Assembly (NCBI RefSeq): GCF_036321535.1
Contig: NC_087436.1
Coordinates: 118,236,001-118,300,000, forward strand
From: Camelus dromedarius
Lineage: Eukaryota
DNA: 64,000 nt
Direction: 5' to 3'
Of the stretch, positions 26,452 through 39,200 are shown in pieces. Both the position numbers and the translations under genes were made by a program. How positions within the stretch are numbered: position 1 is the stretch's first letter; each line of letters starts with the position of its first letter. The notes beneath the pieces are model-generated. The model did not search any database, was not told where the DNA came from, and saw only the letters and a list, made by a program, of their open reading frames with translations.

Positions 26452-26857
26452 TGACTCAGGGCTCTTCAGAGAAACAGAATCAGTAAGGTCGCGCGCTCGC
26501 TCTCAGACAAAGAGCTTTCTGTGCAGGAATTCGCCACTGCAGTTATGGAGGTTGGCATGTCCAGAATCTGCTGGATGTGCTGGCAGGGTGGAGACCCAGG
26601 GAAGAGCCGGTGTCGCAGGCTGGGCCTGAAGGCAGCCCGCTGGCAGAATTCCCTCAGGGCCGGGGGGTGAGTCGTTATTCTAGTTGGGACTTTGACTGAT
26701 TAGCTGAGGCTCACCCGTCCTGTAGAAGGCAGTCTGCTCTCCTCTGTCCACCAATTTAAACGTTGCCCTCATCCAGAAACGCCTAGAAACAGTGTTTCAC
26801 CAGATATCTGGGCACCCCGTGGCCCAGTCAAGTTAACACATAAAACTGACCTTCACA
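26452..26857 (-). mobile_element. MLT2 (ERVL) solo LTR
   Basis: CAGAGAAACAGAATCAGTA...ATCTGGGCACCCCGTGGCCCAGTCAAGTTAACACATAAAA. Confidence 0.85.
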
Positions 26858-26864
26858 TGCCCTC

Positions 26865-27115
26865 AACCCAACGGCTGATGTCCTTATAAGGGACAGAAAG
26901 GACACACAGAGACAGAGAAGAGAGGAGGCCACGAAGACAGAGGCAGGGACTGGCGTGCTGCAGGGGCCAAGGAACTGGAGCCCCCGGAAGCTGAAGAGGC
27001 AAGAAAGGGCTCTTCCCTAGGGTCTCGGGGGGAGTTTGGCCCTGCTGACGTTGGACTTGTGGCTTCCTGAACTGTGAGAGGATATACTCCTGTTTACAGT
27101 GTTGTTTGTCGTAGA
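26865..27115 (+). mobile_element. MLT1 (MaLR) LTR, 3' part
   Basis: GTCCTTATAAG...GGAAGCTGAAGAGGCAAG...CCTGAACTGTGAGAG. Confidence 0.8.
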
Positions 27116-27699
27116 TACAAGGTGCCCATGAGCGTGGATGTAGTGAAATCAGAATGATGTTCCCCTTGTCAAAGGTGCGCATCCCGCTTTCTGCTCTTTC
27201 TTTGTTAAAAGGGATATTCGCAAGTGTCCATTGTTAAAGAGATACGAGACGCAAAAGGAGACACCTCTCTGACCTGATTAGAAGGACTGTACAGGAATTT
27301 ATAGAGACTAACTTCCTCTTTCTGTGGTCCAGTGAGACCGGAAGAGGTCGTGTGGATGTCCTAAAGCCACCGCCCACCCGCTGTGGTGCTCAGGGTCTCA
27401 CTTCCCGGAGCTCCAGGCTCACTCGCTCAGCCTGCTAGTCACGCCCTTCCACCTCCCCCACCTGCTTGTCCAGCCTCATCGCCCACACTCCCTCCGCTCA
27501 CACTGGACCTGTCTGCCCTCCTAACTGACTTGCAGCTTCCCGGGGACAGCCCTCTGTCCTGCAGCACCGCGCCTCTGCACACCCAGGCCCCCTGGCAAGT
27601 GTCCGCACATCCTTCCCAGGAAAGCGCGAACCCCCGTGCTGTCTGTGTGCTCTCTTCCTGGAACTCTCTTGTTTGGATATTGGATTTGCTAGAATGACC

Positions 27700-28080
27700 C
27701 CCTATGGTTTTAAATTTGTTCTTATTTTCCATCTCTGGGACTTTTCATTCTAATTTCGGGGAAATTGCCCTGACTTCATCACCCCCACCTTTCTCTTGAT
27801 TCTTTTCTCTTTTTCTTCAGTTGTCAGATATTCAGTTTCCAAGAGCTGTTTCTCCTTTCGGATTGTTCCTTTTTCATAGCACCTTATTGTGTTTTCTGGG
27901 CACAATATCTTCTCCTGCCTCTCTGAGGATATTGATTATAGTTATTCTAAAGTTTTCTCTTCCCTTCATTTGTTTCTGTTTCCTCTGGGGTCCCTTTATA
28001 TTTTTATTTTACGTCTGCTTTTCAGTTTGAAGGTTTTTCTCAGATGGCTACTGATCATTGATGACTGTTCACTGATATTG
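27700..28080 (-). mobile_element. Decayed old L1/HAL1 ORF1-like fragment
   Basis: T-rich sequence resembling the reverse complement of the 1270-1600 region. Confidence 0.5.
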
Positions 28081-28574
28081 AAGACGGAGGCAGTAAAAGC
28101 TGGTTGGTCGGTGCTGGGGTGGAGGGCCCCACAGCGGAGCATCCGACAGCGAGAGCTGGTGGAGAGGGTCAGCCGGGGGACGACCAGGCCGTGTCAGTGT
28201 CTGTAAGGCTTCCCTCTGGGGCCTCCTCGGTCTCATAAGTGATGTTCACCTTGGCCTGGCTTCTGAGGATGGGCCGCGGGCCAGGACTCAGGAGTCGATG
28301 AATCAGACCCTCATTTATCCCCTCCCCACTTCTGCGCCCCCTGTGGGAGCCCCAACAGCACAGGGCTGGGAGTGGATTGCGCTCCACCTGCTCCAGGTGC
28401 AGAGGGTAGGCTCCCCGGCTCCCAGCGCAGCCCAGCTTCAGTGGCCCCGGTCCTTCCATGGCCAGACAGTCTCCCAGGTTCTGTGCGTGACCAGCTCATT
28501 GGGCTCCTCTCCGGGAGCACTGACATCAGAGCTTCCTCCTGCTCCTCCATCACCTCCTCCGCCTGCTCTGCTGC

Positions 28575-28740
28575 TTTTTAAATGTTTTTAATAATTAATT
28601 AATTTATATATGTTTGTTTGTTTGGAGGGGTAATTAGGTTTATTTATTTACTTATTTATTTTAATGAAAGTACTGGGGATTGAGCCTAGGACCTCATGCA
28701 TGCTAAGCACACGCTCTACCACTGAGCTGTACCCTCCCCC
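28575..28740 (-). mobile_element. Camelid tRNA-derived SINE (Vic-1-like)
   Basis: Reverse complement reads GGGGGAGGGTACAGCTCAGTGGTAGAGCGTGTGCTTAGCATGCATGAGGTCCTAGGCTCAATCCCCAGTAC..., followed by an A-rich tail. Confidence 0.92.
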
Positions 28741-29721
28741 ACTGCTTTGCTTTCTAAACATGGGATGACAGCTCATCCTTTGGTATGAAGTGTCTGGGTC
28801 TCTTTGTCCCAGTGGTTCATACTATATTTATTCCTTGTCTGGCTCGGGGACTCGTTCAGTCACCGAATGAATACTTACTGATCGCTCACCCTGTGCTAGG
28901 TGCTCTTCCAAAGCGAGGAGCAGAAACCCAGCACCCTTGTCCGCTTGGAGCACACGTTCTTGTGCTCCCCACGCACCTTGCCGGCCCCCATGTTTATTAG
29001 AAAGTGTCAAACCGTCTTCTACAAAATGTAAGTCAGACCATGTCCCACCCCTAGTGGAAGCCCCTGCAGGACCCCCACACTGCAGTTAGACTCGCCCCGG
29101 CCGGAGTGCACCCTGATGCTCCCCTAAACCCTCTCCAAGCTCCCGCATCCTCACGCCTGACTTTCAGCCCCACCAGCACGTGCTGTCCTCTTTTTATTTG
29201 TGATCACACTAAGCTTCACAGGGCTCCTTGGAGGCAGAAATCGTTGCCTCCACTTTGCAGATGAGGAAAGTGAGACTTAGAAAGTTCAAACCATCAAGTT
29301 AGGTCGGGTCACAAAGTGAGCGAGAGAAGCTAGCTGGGTTCCAGGGGGATGTTGGACATCACACGTTCCCTTGGCTCCCACCTCTCTCCCTTCTCATGAG
29401 AGCCTGTGTGCCTAGGAGGGCACGGAGCCGTGTTCTCTCTCTCTCTCTCTCTCACCATCTGTCAGAGCAGACAGACAGGAACTGACCACTCAGAGCACTG
29501 GCAAGGCCCAGGAGCCAGCTGGGATCCTACTTGTCTTAGAAAGGCCAACGCTTAGAGAGATTTACCTCTTTTCTCCTCTGTGAGGGCTCACGGATCCTGG
29601 GGAACTGACACAAATGTGGCTGTTTGTCAGCTTCAGGTTGATTAAAAATAAGGTGGGAAGAAGCAGAGGCCCCCAGGGCACATTTAGCCCCTTCAAAAGT
29701 TATTGGTCAGAATCTGCAGCC

Positions 29722-29945
29722 ACCCCTCCCCTCCCCTCCCCCTCCCCCACCACCTCCCACCCTCCTCTACTCTTCACCTCCCCCTCCTAACCTCTTCCCC
29801 TTCCCTCCCCCTCCCCCACCAGCTCCACCCCTCAGTGTCTGTCCCCTCCTCTCCCACCCACCCACACACCCACTTCTCACCCATCTCACTGACAGCCCTC
29901 CCAGTGGTCTCCCGCCTTCTTTCTCTCCCCCTTTATCCTCCACAC
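29722..29945. repeat. C-rich polypyrimidine low-complexity tract
   Basis: (CCCCT)n-like runs. Confidence 0.9.
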
Positions 29946-31850
29946 TCTGTCCAGCACAGTCTTTTTCAAATGCTAAATAAATAAGTTGCGACTGTGTCAG
30001 AAATTCTCCAGTGTCTTCTCCTCCAGTCTCGTCAGAAAGCCCAGACTCAGGCTCAGGGGCCTCGTTCCTCATAACCAGCTGCTGCTGGCCCGCAACTTAG
30101 CTCGTGTACCCCGCCCATCCCGCCCTCTGCACCCTCCTCCCCCTCCACCATGCCCCCCCCCCCCCGCACTGGGCTCCCTGGTGTGTCCCGCCTGCCCAGA
30201 GCCCCTTGACCCCCCTGCTCCTAGTGGGTTCTCAGCTCCGGGAGGTCTGCTCTGAGTCCTCCCACCTGAAGAAGGGGCTCCTGCCCCCTGCACCCCTGGC
30301 CCTTCTGCCTCCCGCCGGCTCTCGGCATCTTTATGCTGACTGAGAGGACAGGACCGCTCCGTCTACCAGATCAGTCTTGATCTGAGGGGGTCACTGGGTG
30401 TCCATATGATGTGCTGTATCTCCAGACTCCCTCAGACTGAAAAGTCCCTGACCCTGATGCCTGATGTTTCACCGTGGAAATTCATATTTTTTCATTTAGG
30501 CATAGCAAAGAGCTCAAATCTAAAACAGCAACCCAAGGGGTAAAACATGAAGAACTTATCTTCATAAACTTCAGCTTCTCAGCTTGCTTTCCAAACAGAC
30601 AGACAGCCCAGTCAACAGGGGAATGGGCCCCAACTTCAGATCCACGAAGAGCCCTCAGAATATTTGCCTTATCACCCCACCAACCAAATGCCTCCTTATT
30701 ATTTTTATTTGTCAATTTATTTTTCTTTCATTTAATGTGTTTATTTTCAAGGAGAACTTTACAGCAGTCCTCCTTTAAGTGGGAAACTAATATCACTTGC
30801 TTTAAATAGAGGGTAACTGTAAAGAAAAAGAAATGAAAACAAAATTATATTATAGAGCCCTACCAAAGGTCTGAACTGGGCCCTCCTCTGTTTGTATTAA
30901 AAGATGAGCAAGTGTCAGAGAGATGCAAGACGTATCAGGTTGACTTTGGATAATTAAAACGGAAGTGAAATGTCCACTAGTGTCCTCTTGTCCAGGGAGC
31001 ACCCCATGGGTGATGGCACATGCTCTGTGAAGCCCTGGCTGAGCAGAAAGGAACATGGGCGTGGAAGGAACTGGTGGATGGGGCATGAAACAAATGGTCA
31101 CCATAATGGTCCTCAAATTTGAGGGTTCAAGTCAACACCAACAGAACAGACCACCAGCCAGGTGCCCTGAAAGTCTGATTTCCTGCCTGGGTTGGGTCCC
31201 TGGTGTCTGCATTTTTACTTAGTCAAGCACGCTGCTGGTGGTGCTGATGATGGAGTTGGTGGAGACTTCTTTGAGAAATGCTGGCTTAGCACGTGGGGTT
31301 GGGACTGCAAGTGTTCATGGAGCCCATCCCGAAGCTCCAGGCTTCATTCGTGCTTCTGACCCTCCCTAGCTTGTTGATCTTGGCATGACCTTGGCACGTT
31401 ACTCCCTTTCCTTGTGCAGAAGACACTTACTCTGCAAAAGCAGCGACAGCTCTGCCCGGCCTTTGTGGCTGATGGCTGATGACGGCTCTGTAGAGAGAGG
31501 TAAAGCCCCTGAGCAGCTCGGGGCCATGCTGATAGTGAGTGCTTGGAGAGATCTCAGGGGTCGATACAGAGCGTAGGGAGAAGGGAGCATCAGGGGGAAG
31601 AAACCTCAGGATTTAGCCCTGAACTGAGCTCCCTCCTCCCCACATTTTCTGGTAAGTGATAATGGCGAGATTGAGAGTAACCAGTTATTGAGATTCTGTA
31701 AATGGATATTCCTGTACTTCTTATGAGGTAGTTGGCAGAGCAGGATTCAAACCCAGGTCCCCAAGACCTGCACCAGTAGCTTCTATGCTGCCCCTGGGTG
31801 CCCCAACCCCATTCCCTTTCTTCCCAGACCTTTTTCTAGGGCCCCCGTGA

Positions 31851-31958
31851 CTCCATCACTCAGTCCTCACTCTCTCCAACATCTCTTAACTCATCAGTTG
31901 GTCCTCCCTCTCTCCAACATCCTTGAACTCCATCACTGGGTCCTCCCTCTCTGACATC
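31851..31958. repeat. Degenerate tandem repeat, unit about 38-39 nt, about 3 copies
   Basis: Units of CTCCATCACTnnGTCCTCCCTCTCTCCAACATC start at 31851, 31890 and 31928. Confidence 0.85.
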
Positions 31959-32122
31959 TCATCCTTGTGCTGACCACATACATCGTTTCTGACTTCAGGG
32001 AACCTGGCTCTTCCTGGACCTCTGTTGCCTTGTAACAGTTCCCAGAGGAGGCAGATCATCTTTTGTTCCACTCAGAGCTCAAGACGCTTCTCTTCTCTTC
32101 ACGTAACTCCATGAGAGGAGTT

Positions 32123-32508
32123 GTGAGCTGAATTGTGTCCCTCAAAATTCATATGTTGAAATCCTGACTCCCAGTACCTCAGAATGTGACTGCATTTGAA
32201 GATGGGGCCTTTATAGAGGAGACGGACTGGTCGTATGGGTGGGTCCTAACCCAGTATGGCTGGTGTTCTTACAAGAAGAGGAGGCTTGGGACACAGACGT
32301 GAACAGAGGGACAACCATCCGAGGACGCAGCAAGAAGACGCCTGTCTGTAAGCCCAGGAGAGGGGCCTCAGAGGAAAGCAGCTGTGCCCACACCTTCGTC
32401 TTGGGCTTGTGGCCTCCAGGACTATGAGGAAGTAAATTCCTGGTTTTTAAGCACCCCCTCCTTGCCCTCTCTGCGGTGTGTTGTCACAGCAGCCCAAGCA
32501 GACTATAC
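32123..32508 (+). mobile_element. MLT1A/B-type MaLR solo LTR
   Basis: GCTGAATTGTGTCCCTCAAAATTCATATGTTGAAATCCTGACTCCCAGTACCTCAGAATGTGAC...GCAGACTATACA. Confidence 0.9.
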
Positions 32509-33254
32509 AAAGGGCTGATGGTCCTTCCGGTGCATCCTTGGGGCCCCCAGCAACCCCTGGATCCCAGCCCCACCTAAAGCCAGGTGCCTGAGGTCATTTC
32601 CTCCAAGGAGGCAGGGAACACGTACTCTCCTCCTTGTGCACAAGAGGAAACTTTTGGGTCATCCCGGAGGTGACTGATGCTGAGAACAGTGCAGAGCATG
32701 CCCCGGGGCTGCTGCGTCAGTGCAGCCGGGATTGCAGCTGGAGCCACCAGCGTCCAAGACAGGACGTGATGAAACCACACACACGTGAGGCTGCCAGAAT
32801 CACAGGGCCACATCCCGTGCACAGGGCATCTGCTCAGCCTACTGCTTCTTTCCCGGGGACAATCTGAATATGTTTATTATTCTGTTGATGCTGCCCCAAG
32901 ACCTATCCTGCAGCTGGCTGCGAGCTATTTCATTATCTCTTCACTCAACAGATAAAAAAGAAAATGGAATGGAGTGGGTTGTATCATAGTAACCCTGGTC
33001 CTGTGGCCGTGTACACCCCTCCTCCTCCCTAGGTCTAATCCAGGGTCCTCACTTCCCTCCCGGCTCCCCTCCCAAACCTCTTCGATGCTACCCAAGGAAA
33101 CTCAAAAGGCTAAACTTCTGTATTGAAATCATGCTAGAAAGTAGAAGGGTGTGGCTTGGGAAATATACAGGGCTTGTACTGATGCTCTGTCTAATTTTGT
33201 GAATAGATGTTATCAAAAGAAAAGCCTCATGTTTAAGATGAGGACAACAGAGTT

Positions 33255-33597
33255 ATTTTACAGAACTGACTTGCATGACTGTGGAGGTGCAAGTCCAAAA
33301 TCTCCAGGGTGCGCCAGCAGCCTGGAGACCCAGGAAGAGTTGTAGTTCAGGTCTGAGGGCCATCTGAAGCAGTTTCTTTTTTCTGAAGGGGACAGTCTTC
33401 GTTCAAACCAGGCCTTCAACTGATTAGAGGAGGCCCACCCACATCTTGGAGGGTCATCTGCTTGATTGCTCAAGTTCCACTAATTTAAATGTTAATCTCA
33501 TCCAAAAGCACCCTCGCAGAAACATCCAGAATAATGTTTGACTGACTGTCTGGATACCATGGCCCAACCAAGTTGATCCATAAAATTAATCATCACA
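33255..33597 (-). mobile_element. MLT2 (ERVL) LTR
   Basis: CTGGAGACCCAGGAAGAG...GAGGCCCACCCACAT...CAAGTTGATCCATAAAATTAATCATCACA. Confidence 0.85.
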
Positions 33598-34671
33598 CGG
33601 GGTAATCCTGGGCTAGTCACTCAAAGTCTCTGTGAAGTTTTACCATCTATAAAATGAGATGACATAAGACCTCTGCCACGCAGGACCACCGTGAGAATCC
33701 AATGAGATCACAGGTGGAAAGGGCCGTGGACGGTGCGGGGCCATATGGGTGCAGGGGGTGTCGGTGGTGGGAGTGTCATTCTCGCCCCCGCACCAGCTCA
33801 TGAGTGACAAAGCAGGATTCACACCCAGAACCTGCTGCCCGAACCCGTGCCCATCACCATGCCTAGAGGACATGAGGGAGGAATAAGGCACAGGCCGGCG
33901 GGTCAGAGCATCTTCCAGAAAAAGAATTTTATTATAAATACTCCATGTGCTATTTCCTGAAATCTCCACCACTGGGCAGAGCAGGCAAGAGGTAATAGAG
34001 CCCCGTATAGGATGGTGGGCGGGTGTGGGGGCAGAGGTGGTCCACACTTAGCGTGTGTTGACCACCTCTTAACATGCCGCCTGGCACCAATGCCACACAC
34101 ACATCACCTCATTTAATGTGAAACCCCACAGAGGTATGGGGTTTGTGCTCATACTGCAGATGAGAGGCTGCTGCTGTCTGTGGTCCCCAGTTGGCCAAGG
34201 ACACCATGGGCAACTGCTCCCTCCAATGGCCCCAGCGAGACTCAGATTCAAAGTCTGGCTCTGCCACTAATGAGCAGTGTGACCCGAGGACTTAAATGCT
34301 CTGTCTTAGCTTCCTTACCCATCAAATGGGAACAGTTGTCCTTCCTTAGGGGTAGCTGGAAAGATTAATTAAGATAAATGACGTAAAGTAACAGCACAGT
34401 TTCTGGCAGGCAACAGAATCTTGGGAAATCATCACCAGTTCCTTCCACAGCGTATTCAGAGTTGACTGTGTGCTAGGCACTGCTCCCTACTTGGAATAGA
34501 GTGGACCAAATGCAGGCAAGTGCTTACTCTCATGGAGATTACATCCCAATAGGGAGAGACAAAGAGTGAAAAGAAAACAGATGATAAATATAGTCATTCA
34601 TATTGTGTTGCTGTGCAAGATGTGTCCTGGGTGACAGGACAGAGAGTTGGGGGTGGGGAAGGCTAGTGGAC

Positions 34672-34876
34672 ATGGTGATGATGACAATGATGGTGATGGT
34701 GATGCTGATGGTGGTGAGGATGATGATGTTGATGGTGGTGATAACGTTGATGGTGGTGATGATTGTGATGATGACAACGATGGTGATGGTGGTGATGGTA
34801 ATGGTGTTGATGGTGGTGATGATGGTGAGAATGACGATGATGGTGGTGGTGATGATGTTGGTTGTGGTGGTGATGA
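34672..34876. repeat. Compound (GAT/GGT)n trinucleotide repeat, about 200 nt
   Basis: Read directly; it produces the poly-M/V, poly-D/G and poly-H pseudo-ORFs. Confidence 0.97.
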
Positions 34877-35003
34877 CACCAATGACCTATTGGACTATGA
34901 GCAGACTTCTTGACTTCTGTGAGTCTCAAGTTCTTTACCACATCATGAAGATACTAAGCTACCTTGCAGAATATTGTAGGAATTACATGATAGGAGTTAA
35001 AAG

Positions 35004-35077
35004 CAGGACTAGCTACATAATTAGAGGGGTCCAGCGCAAAATGAACATGCAGGCCTTCTATTCAAATCTTATTAAGC
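35004..35077 (+). mobile_element. MER45-like hAT DNA transposon fragment
   Basis: CAGGACTAGCTACATAATT...CCAGCGCAAAATGAACATGCAGG...TTCAAAT. Confidence 0.6.
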
Positions 35078-36134
35078 TTCCCTCTCACTTTGTCTTCCTT
35101 TCCCTTGAGTGGAAGGAACAGAAGGAGTCATGACAGAGGACCCCTCAGTCCCTCACCATGCTCTCTTCCTAAGGCTGCCCTAACAGTGTCATTCTTAACA
35201 ACCTGGAGGCAAAAGGCCCCAGCTTTTCATCCTGGTCCCCATTCTGCTGCCTTCTATGGCATTTCCCTTCTCCCAACCAAGGTCGTCTTATTTCTAAATT
35301 AAGCGATTTAAATTCTTTGATGTATTAACTAAGACTTCACCATATGCCAGCCGTGGGCTAATTTTTTTTGTATGCATCATTGCCTTGAATCTTCACAACA
35401 ACGCTTGGAGGTGGATGTGATGATTATCCCACTTTGAAGATGAGAAAACTGAGCCTCAGAGAGGCTACAAGACCCAGGCTAGTTTGTTTCAGACAGACTT
35501 AGATCCCTTCTGGAGTTGACAGGCTGAGACTCTGTGACTCTGACACGTTTTGGCAGCTTGCTCCCTCGGATAAAATACTCCCAGGGAGATCAGGTCTTAA
35601 AAATAGCAACTCTTAAAATATTAATTCATTGTAATACTGCTCCACATAGACTCTGCTTTCTAACCAGGCCTCCCGCATTCCTAGTGAAGTCCCTCCTTCT
35701 GTGGTTCCACTCTGGGCCCTGCCACCAGCCGAGGGTGGGTGGGTGTCAGGAGGTGACTGCTGCTTTCCTGTGCCAGCCGGTCAGCACCTGCCATGTCTGG
35801 TTGCTTCAGAACGCCTCTAAATGGAGCCTGCTTATCTCTCTCCTGCACACACGTCCAGGCTGCGACACTTGAGGTGATTCTCTCCTCGCACCATCATGCC
35901 AATCAAACTGAGGGGACCTGCCCCTGAGGGGGGCCACGGGACTCAGCCGCGATAACACAATCATCCTAACTGATTCCCAGAGGAATCAGAGCCCATGCCC
36001 AGAACCCTGTGTTTTAATGAAGCGACACCTACGTGCCAGGGGATGGAGGCGAAGAATTCTGGAAAATTCCTCTCCTGACTTCAGCCTCCCAGGGTGAGCC
36101 AACTCCGATATCCTTCTTGCCACTTAAAACAGAG

Positions 36135-36282
36135 CAGGGCTTTCAAACCCCAGGCAGCATCTGAATCCCACTGGGGCGTGTCAGAATGCAGGTTCCCAGG
36201 CCTTGCTCACAGACACTGGGGCGGGGAGGGGCCTGAGAAGCTGCATGGCTCAGAGGTAGGCTGTGGACCGACCCTGAGAAAT
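36135..36282. mobile_element. MER5-type hAT-Charlie element
   Basis: CAGGGCTTTCAAACC...GCATCTGAATC...CCCTGAGAA. Confidence 0.55.
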
Positions 36283-39200
36283 AGATGAAGGGGAATCACA
36301 GAGGCAGGCAGTATGGATGCTTGGCCTTCATCCATCCAACTAGCCAGTCTTACTGAATATCTGGTGGCAGACACTCTTCCGGGTCCTGGTAATACTGCAT
36401 GTGGCGGGGAACATCCCTGCTGTCGTGGGGTCTGCAGCCTCACCTGGGGAGGGAGACCGCATCACCAAGTAAGCCGCCAGGTGGTGAGGAGGGTGAGGGT
36501 CAGAACGAGGGAGGGAGTCACGTGGATGTGGGGAGTGGGCTCCCAGGCAGCAGGCCAAGGCTGTGGAGGGGACCTTGCTGGGCACAGGGACCAGCGTGGC
36601 CACGCGGAGTGAGTGCAGGGAGGGTGGGAGGTGGCAGCCCCCGCCCCCCCATCTCGGGCAAGGAGGTCTCTGTAAGTGGGTGGCTCTCATGCCGCAGAAG
36701 TCACGAGAGAGCTGTGAGCAGGGAGCGCCACCCCGCTGGCTGCTGTGATGAGCAGGACCCGGAGGGAAGGGAGGACCCAGGGGTGGAAACAGTCTGAAGG
36801 GAGAAGAAGTAGTTGGATGTGGAGTGTGAAAAGGACAGGAGTCTCGGGCAGAGGGTGTAGGGAGTCTGAAGAGAGAAGACACACAGCGAGAGTGAAGGGC
36901 CAGGAGGAGGCCGTGGGCGGGGCACACCGCGGGGCCCTCGGGGCTGGAACGCTGTTAGTGGTCAGGATCGGGGACCAAGCGGAACTCCTGGCGCTGCATT
37001 TCTCTTCAGCTGCGTCGGGGAAGGACTGGGGTCCTCAGAAAGCAGGATTTCACCCGCGCTTGGGTTTGCCTGGCAAGATGCACAAAGGCGCTGAGGGCGT
37101 GGGAAAGCGACGTGGATGAGGGACCACAGGATGCTGGCTGGGGAAGAGGGGGTGCGGGACTGATGGCAGCGAAGAGGGGGTGTTGTCACTGGATCTGAGT
37201 ACCAGCGCTGAAGAAGTGGGGGCGGAGGCGGGGTGGGAGGAGGAGTGAGCTGGACAGTGGCTGTGGGCGTTTTGGGAGTGGGGTGCCTGAGACGTTGGGA
37301 GGGGGCGGTCCCTGGAAGGGACAAGGTGTAAGTGTGACCATGGGAGTGAACAGGTGAGGCAGAGTGAGGTTGGAGACCTTTGCAGGAAGCGAGGTCAAGT
37401 ACCACAGAGGCCGGGTGCCGAGGCATGTGCTGTTGCTTCACTGACACGAAGCCTGCAGTAGGTTGCAGGGAGAGCCGAGGTCCTCCAGGCGTGGGGGCTC
37501 TGTCCTGGGCATCCACAGGGGACTGCAGCCAGGCAGGGAGGAGACAGTGTTGCCCATCATCAAAGGTGGTGGAGTTTAGGCAGAAGGTGGGGCAGGGCAG
37601 TGGGGAGCAAGGAGATATCTGCCCTCCTTCTGCCTGGAGCTCCCAGGAGTGATGGGAAAGTCTCCGCTAGAGAGGGCTGGGATGGGGGTACCATGGTGTC
37701 CTCAGAGCACAACTAAGTGTGGGTTAGAGCGAGAGGTGAGGGAATGTTCAAAGAGGGGGAGCTGATCCTGGCCGTGAATTCCAGAAGGGACAGTGGGAAG
37801 GACTGGGGGCTGAGGAGGAGATCAGAGTAGGGGACTAGATTCCAGGGGATGAGAGATGGCTAGCATCCTGGGCCCACCCAACGGAAAAGGGATAAAGGGC
37901 AGTGGTCCCAAGGCAGGTAACCATGACGATGAGCTGGGAGTCTTGGAAGGGGTGGGGAGCGGCATTTTTCCAGGAGTTCTGAGGCCCCCTCTTCACTCCT
38001 GCAAATGGGGGTGAGTATGTCAGGGAAGGGGGATTTTTCCAGAGACCGACCTTGTTCTGGGCCAGTTACTGAACATTATTAGGTTCTGGGTTCTTTACCT
38101 AGAAAGTGGAAGTAACTGCACTCACCCAGGGCTATGGTGGAGACAAGCTGTGACGTGTAATCAGATCGCAGCTTCTCCTCCAGGATCCCCAGGACATTTC
38201 ATCCCACTTAGAGTAAATGCACAAGGTTCCGTTCACTCTCCCCTCTTCCGTGCACTCCCCTCCCTGTCCCCCTGGGCTTCTTGACCTCAAGGACCTTGGT
38301 GTCCTCCGGGGGCCCCCTCCCAATCCTCTCTCTCAAATAGCACCCTCCATCACTCCCCTGTATTTCTCCCTCCCATAGGCTCATCCGTTCTTATCTTTGC
38401 CTATTTGTCCCCTCTCCTGACTCAGCACCTAGACCACTGCTAGCAGAGGGGAGGTGATGGTAAACGTGCAGTGAATGCCTGAAAAAACTTTCGTCCCATG
38501 TGAGCCCAGAGCCCCTGCGTGATGCGCGAAGGTAAACTGTGGTCCAGAGGGAGGCGGTGAGAGGAAAACAGCAGAGGCAGGAAGACGCATTCTCGGTGGC
38601 AGGAAGAGCACCGGCCACGGAGAAAGATCGTACCGGACCTGCAGCCAGCTAAAGAGAGGGAGCTACGCGGTTACTTCCCGGCTCCCTTTCAGCTGTGCGG
38701 TACCTTTCTCGCTGACTCAGTAAAACCCACGGTGTTAAGAAAGCAAAATTCAGGTCCCAGCTCTGAGGCTAACTTACCAGGTGACCCAAGGAAGTCACTC
38801 ACCTCTTCTGAATGTTAGAAAATGACAGAATTATTCCTGAGGTGCGTCAGGCCTCCCCCCGCCCCGTGCTCTCAGATTCCAGTAGGATTACATGGATAGA
38901 ATAAGATTAGACCTTGAGATGGACTTACTCTTTCCAGCATTTTCCCCAGAAAGTAGGTCCATTGTCTGAGCATCTTAAGGGAAATGCAAAGAGTTGGGAG
39001 CTGGGGGAGGGGACACGGGGCTCGTGAAGAGCGACTGCGTCTTCGGCGCAGCCATGCAGAGCCCACCACGATTACAGAATCCAGGAGGAAAATGCAAGAC
39101 CATATCACTGTGGCAATCTGCAAGCTGCCGAAACTGAGTGAAATTAAACAAGAGCTCAGCCACAGTCTCTGAGGAAGCCAGAGGCATGGGGGGCCCTGCC

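Noticed and set aside
34598..35133. Poly-His, poly-Met/Val and poly-Asp/Gly ORFs of up to 176 aa
   Set aside because: These are translations of the GAT/GGT repeat running into MIR and MER45 sequence.
36340..37516. Cluster of long overlapping ORFs (195, 184, 132 and 124 aa)
   Set aside because: GC-rich, probably decayed L2-like sequence with few stop codons and no protein motifs.
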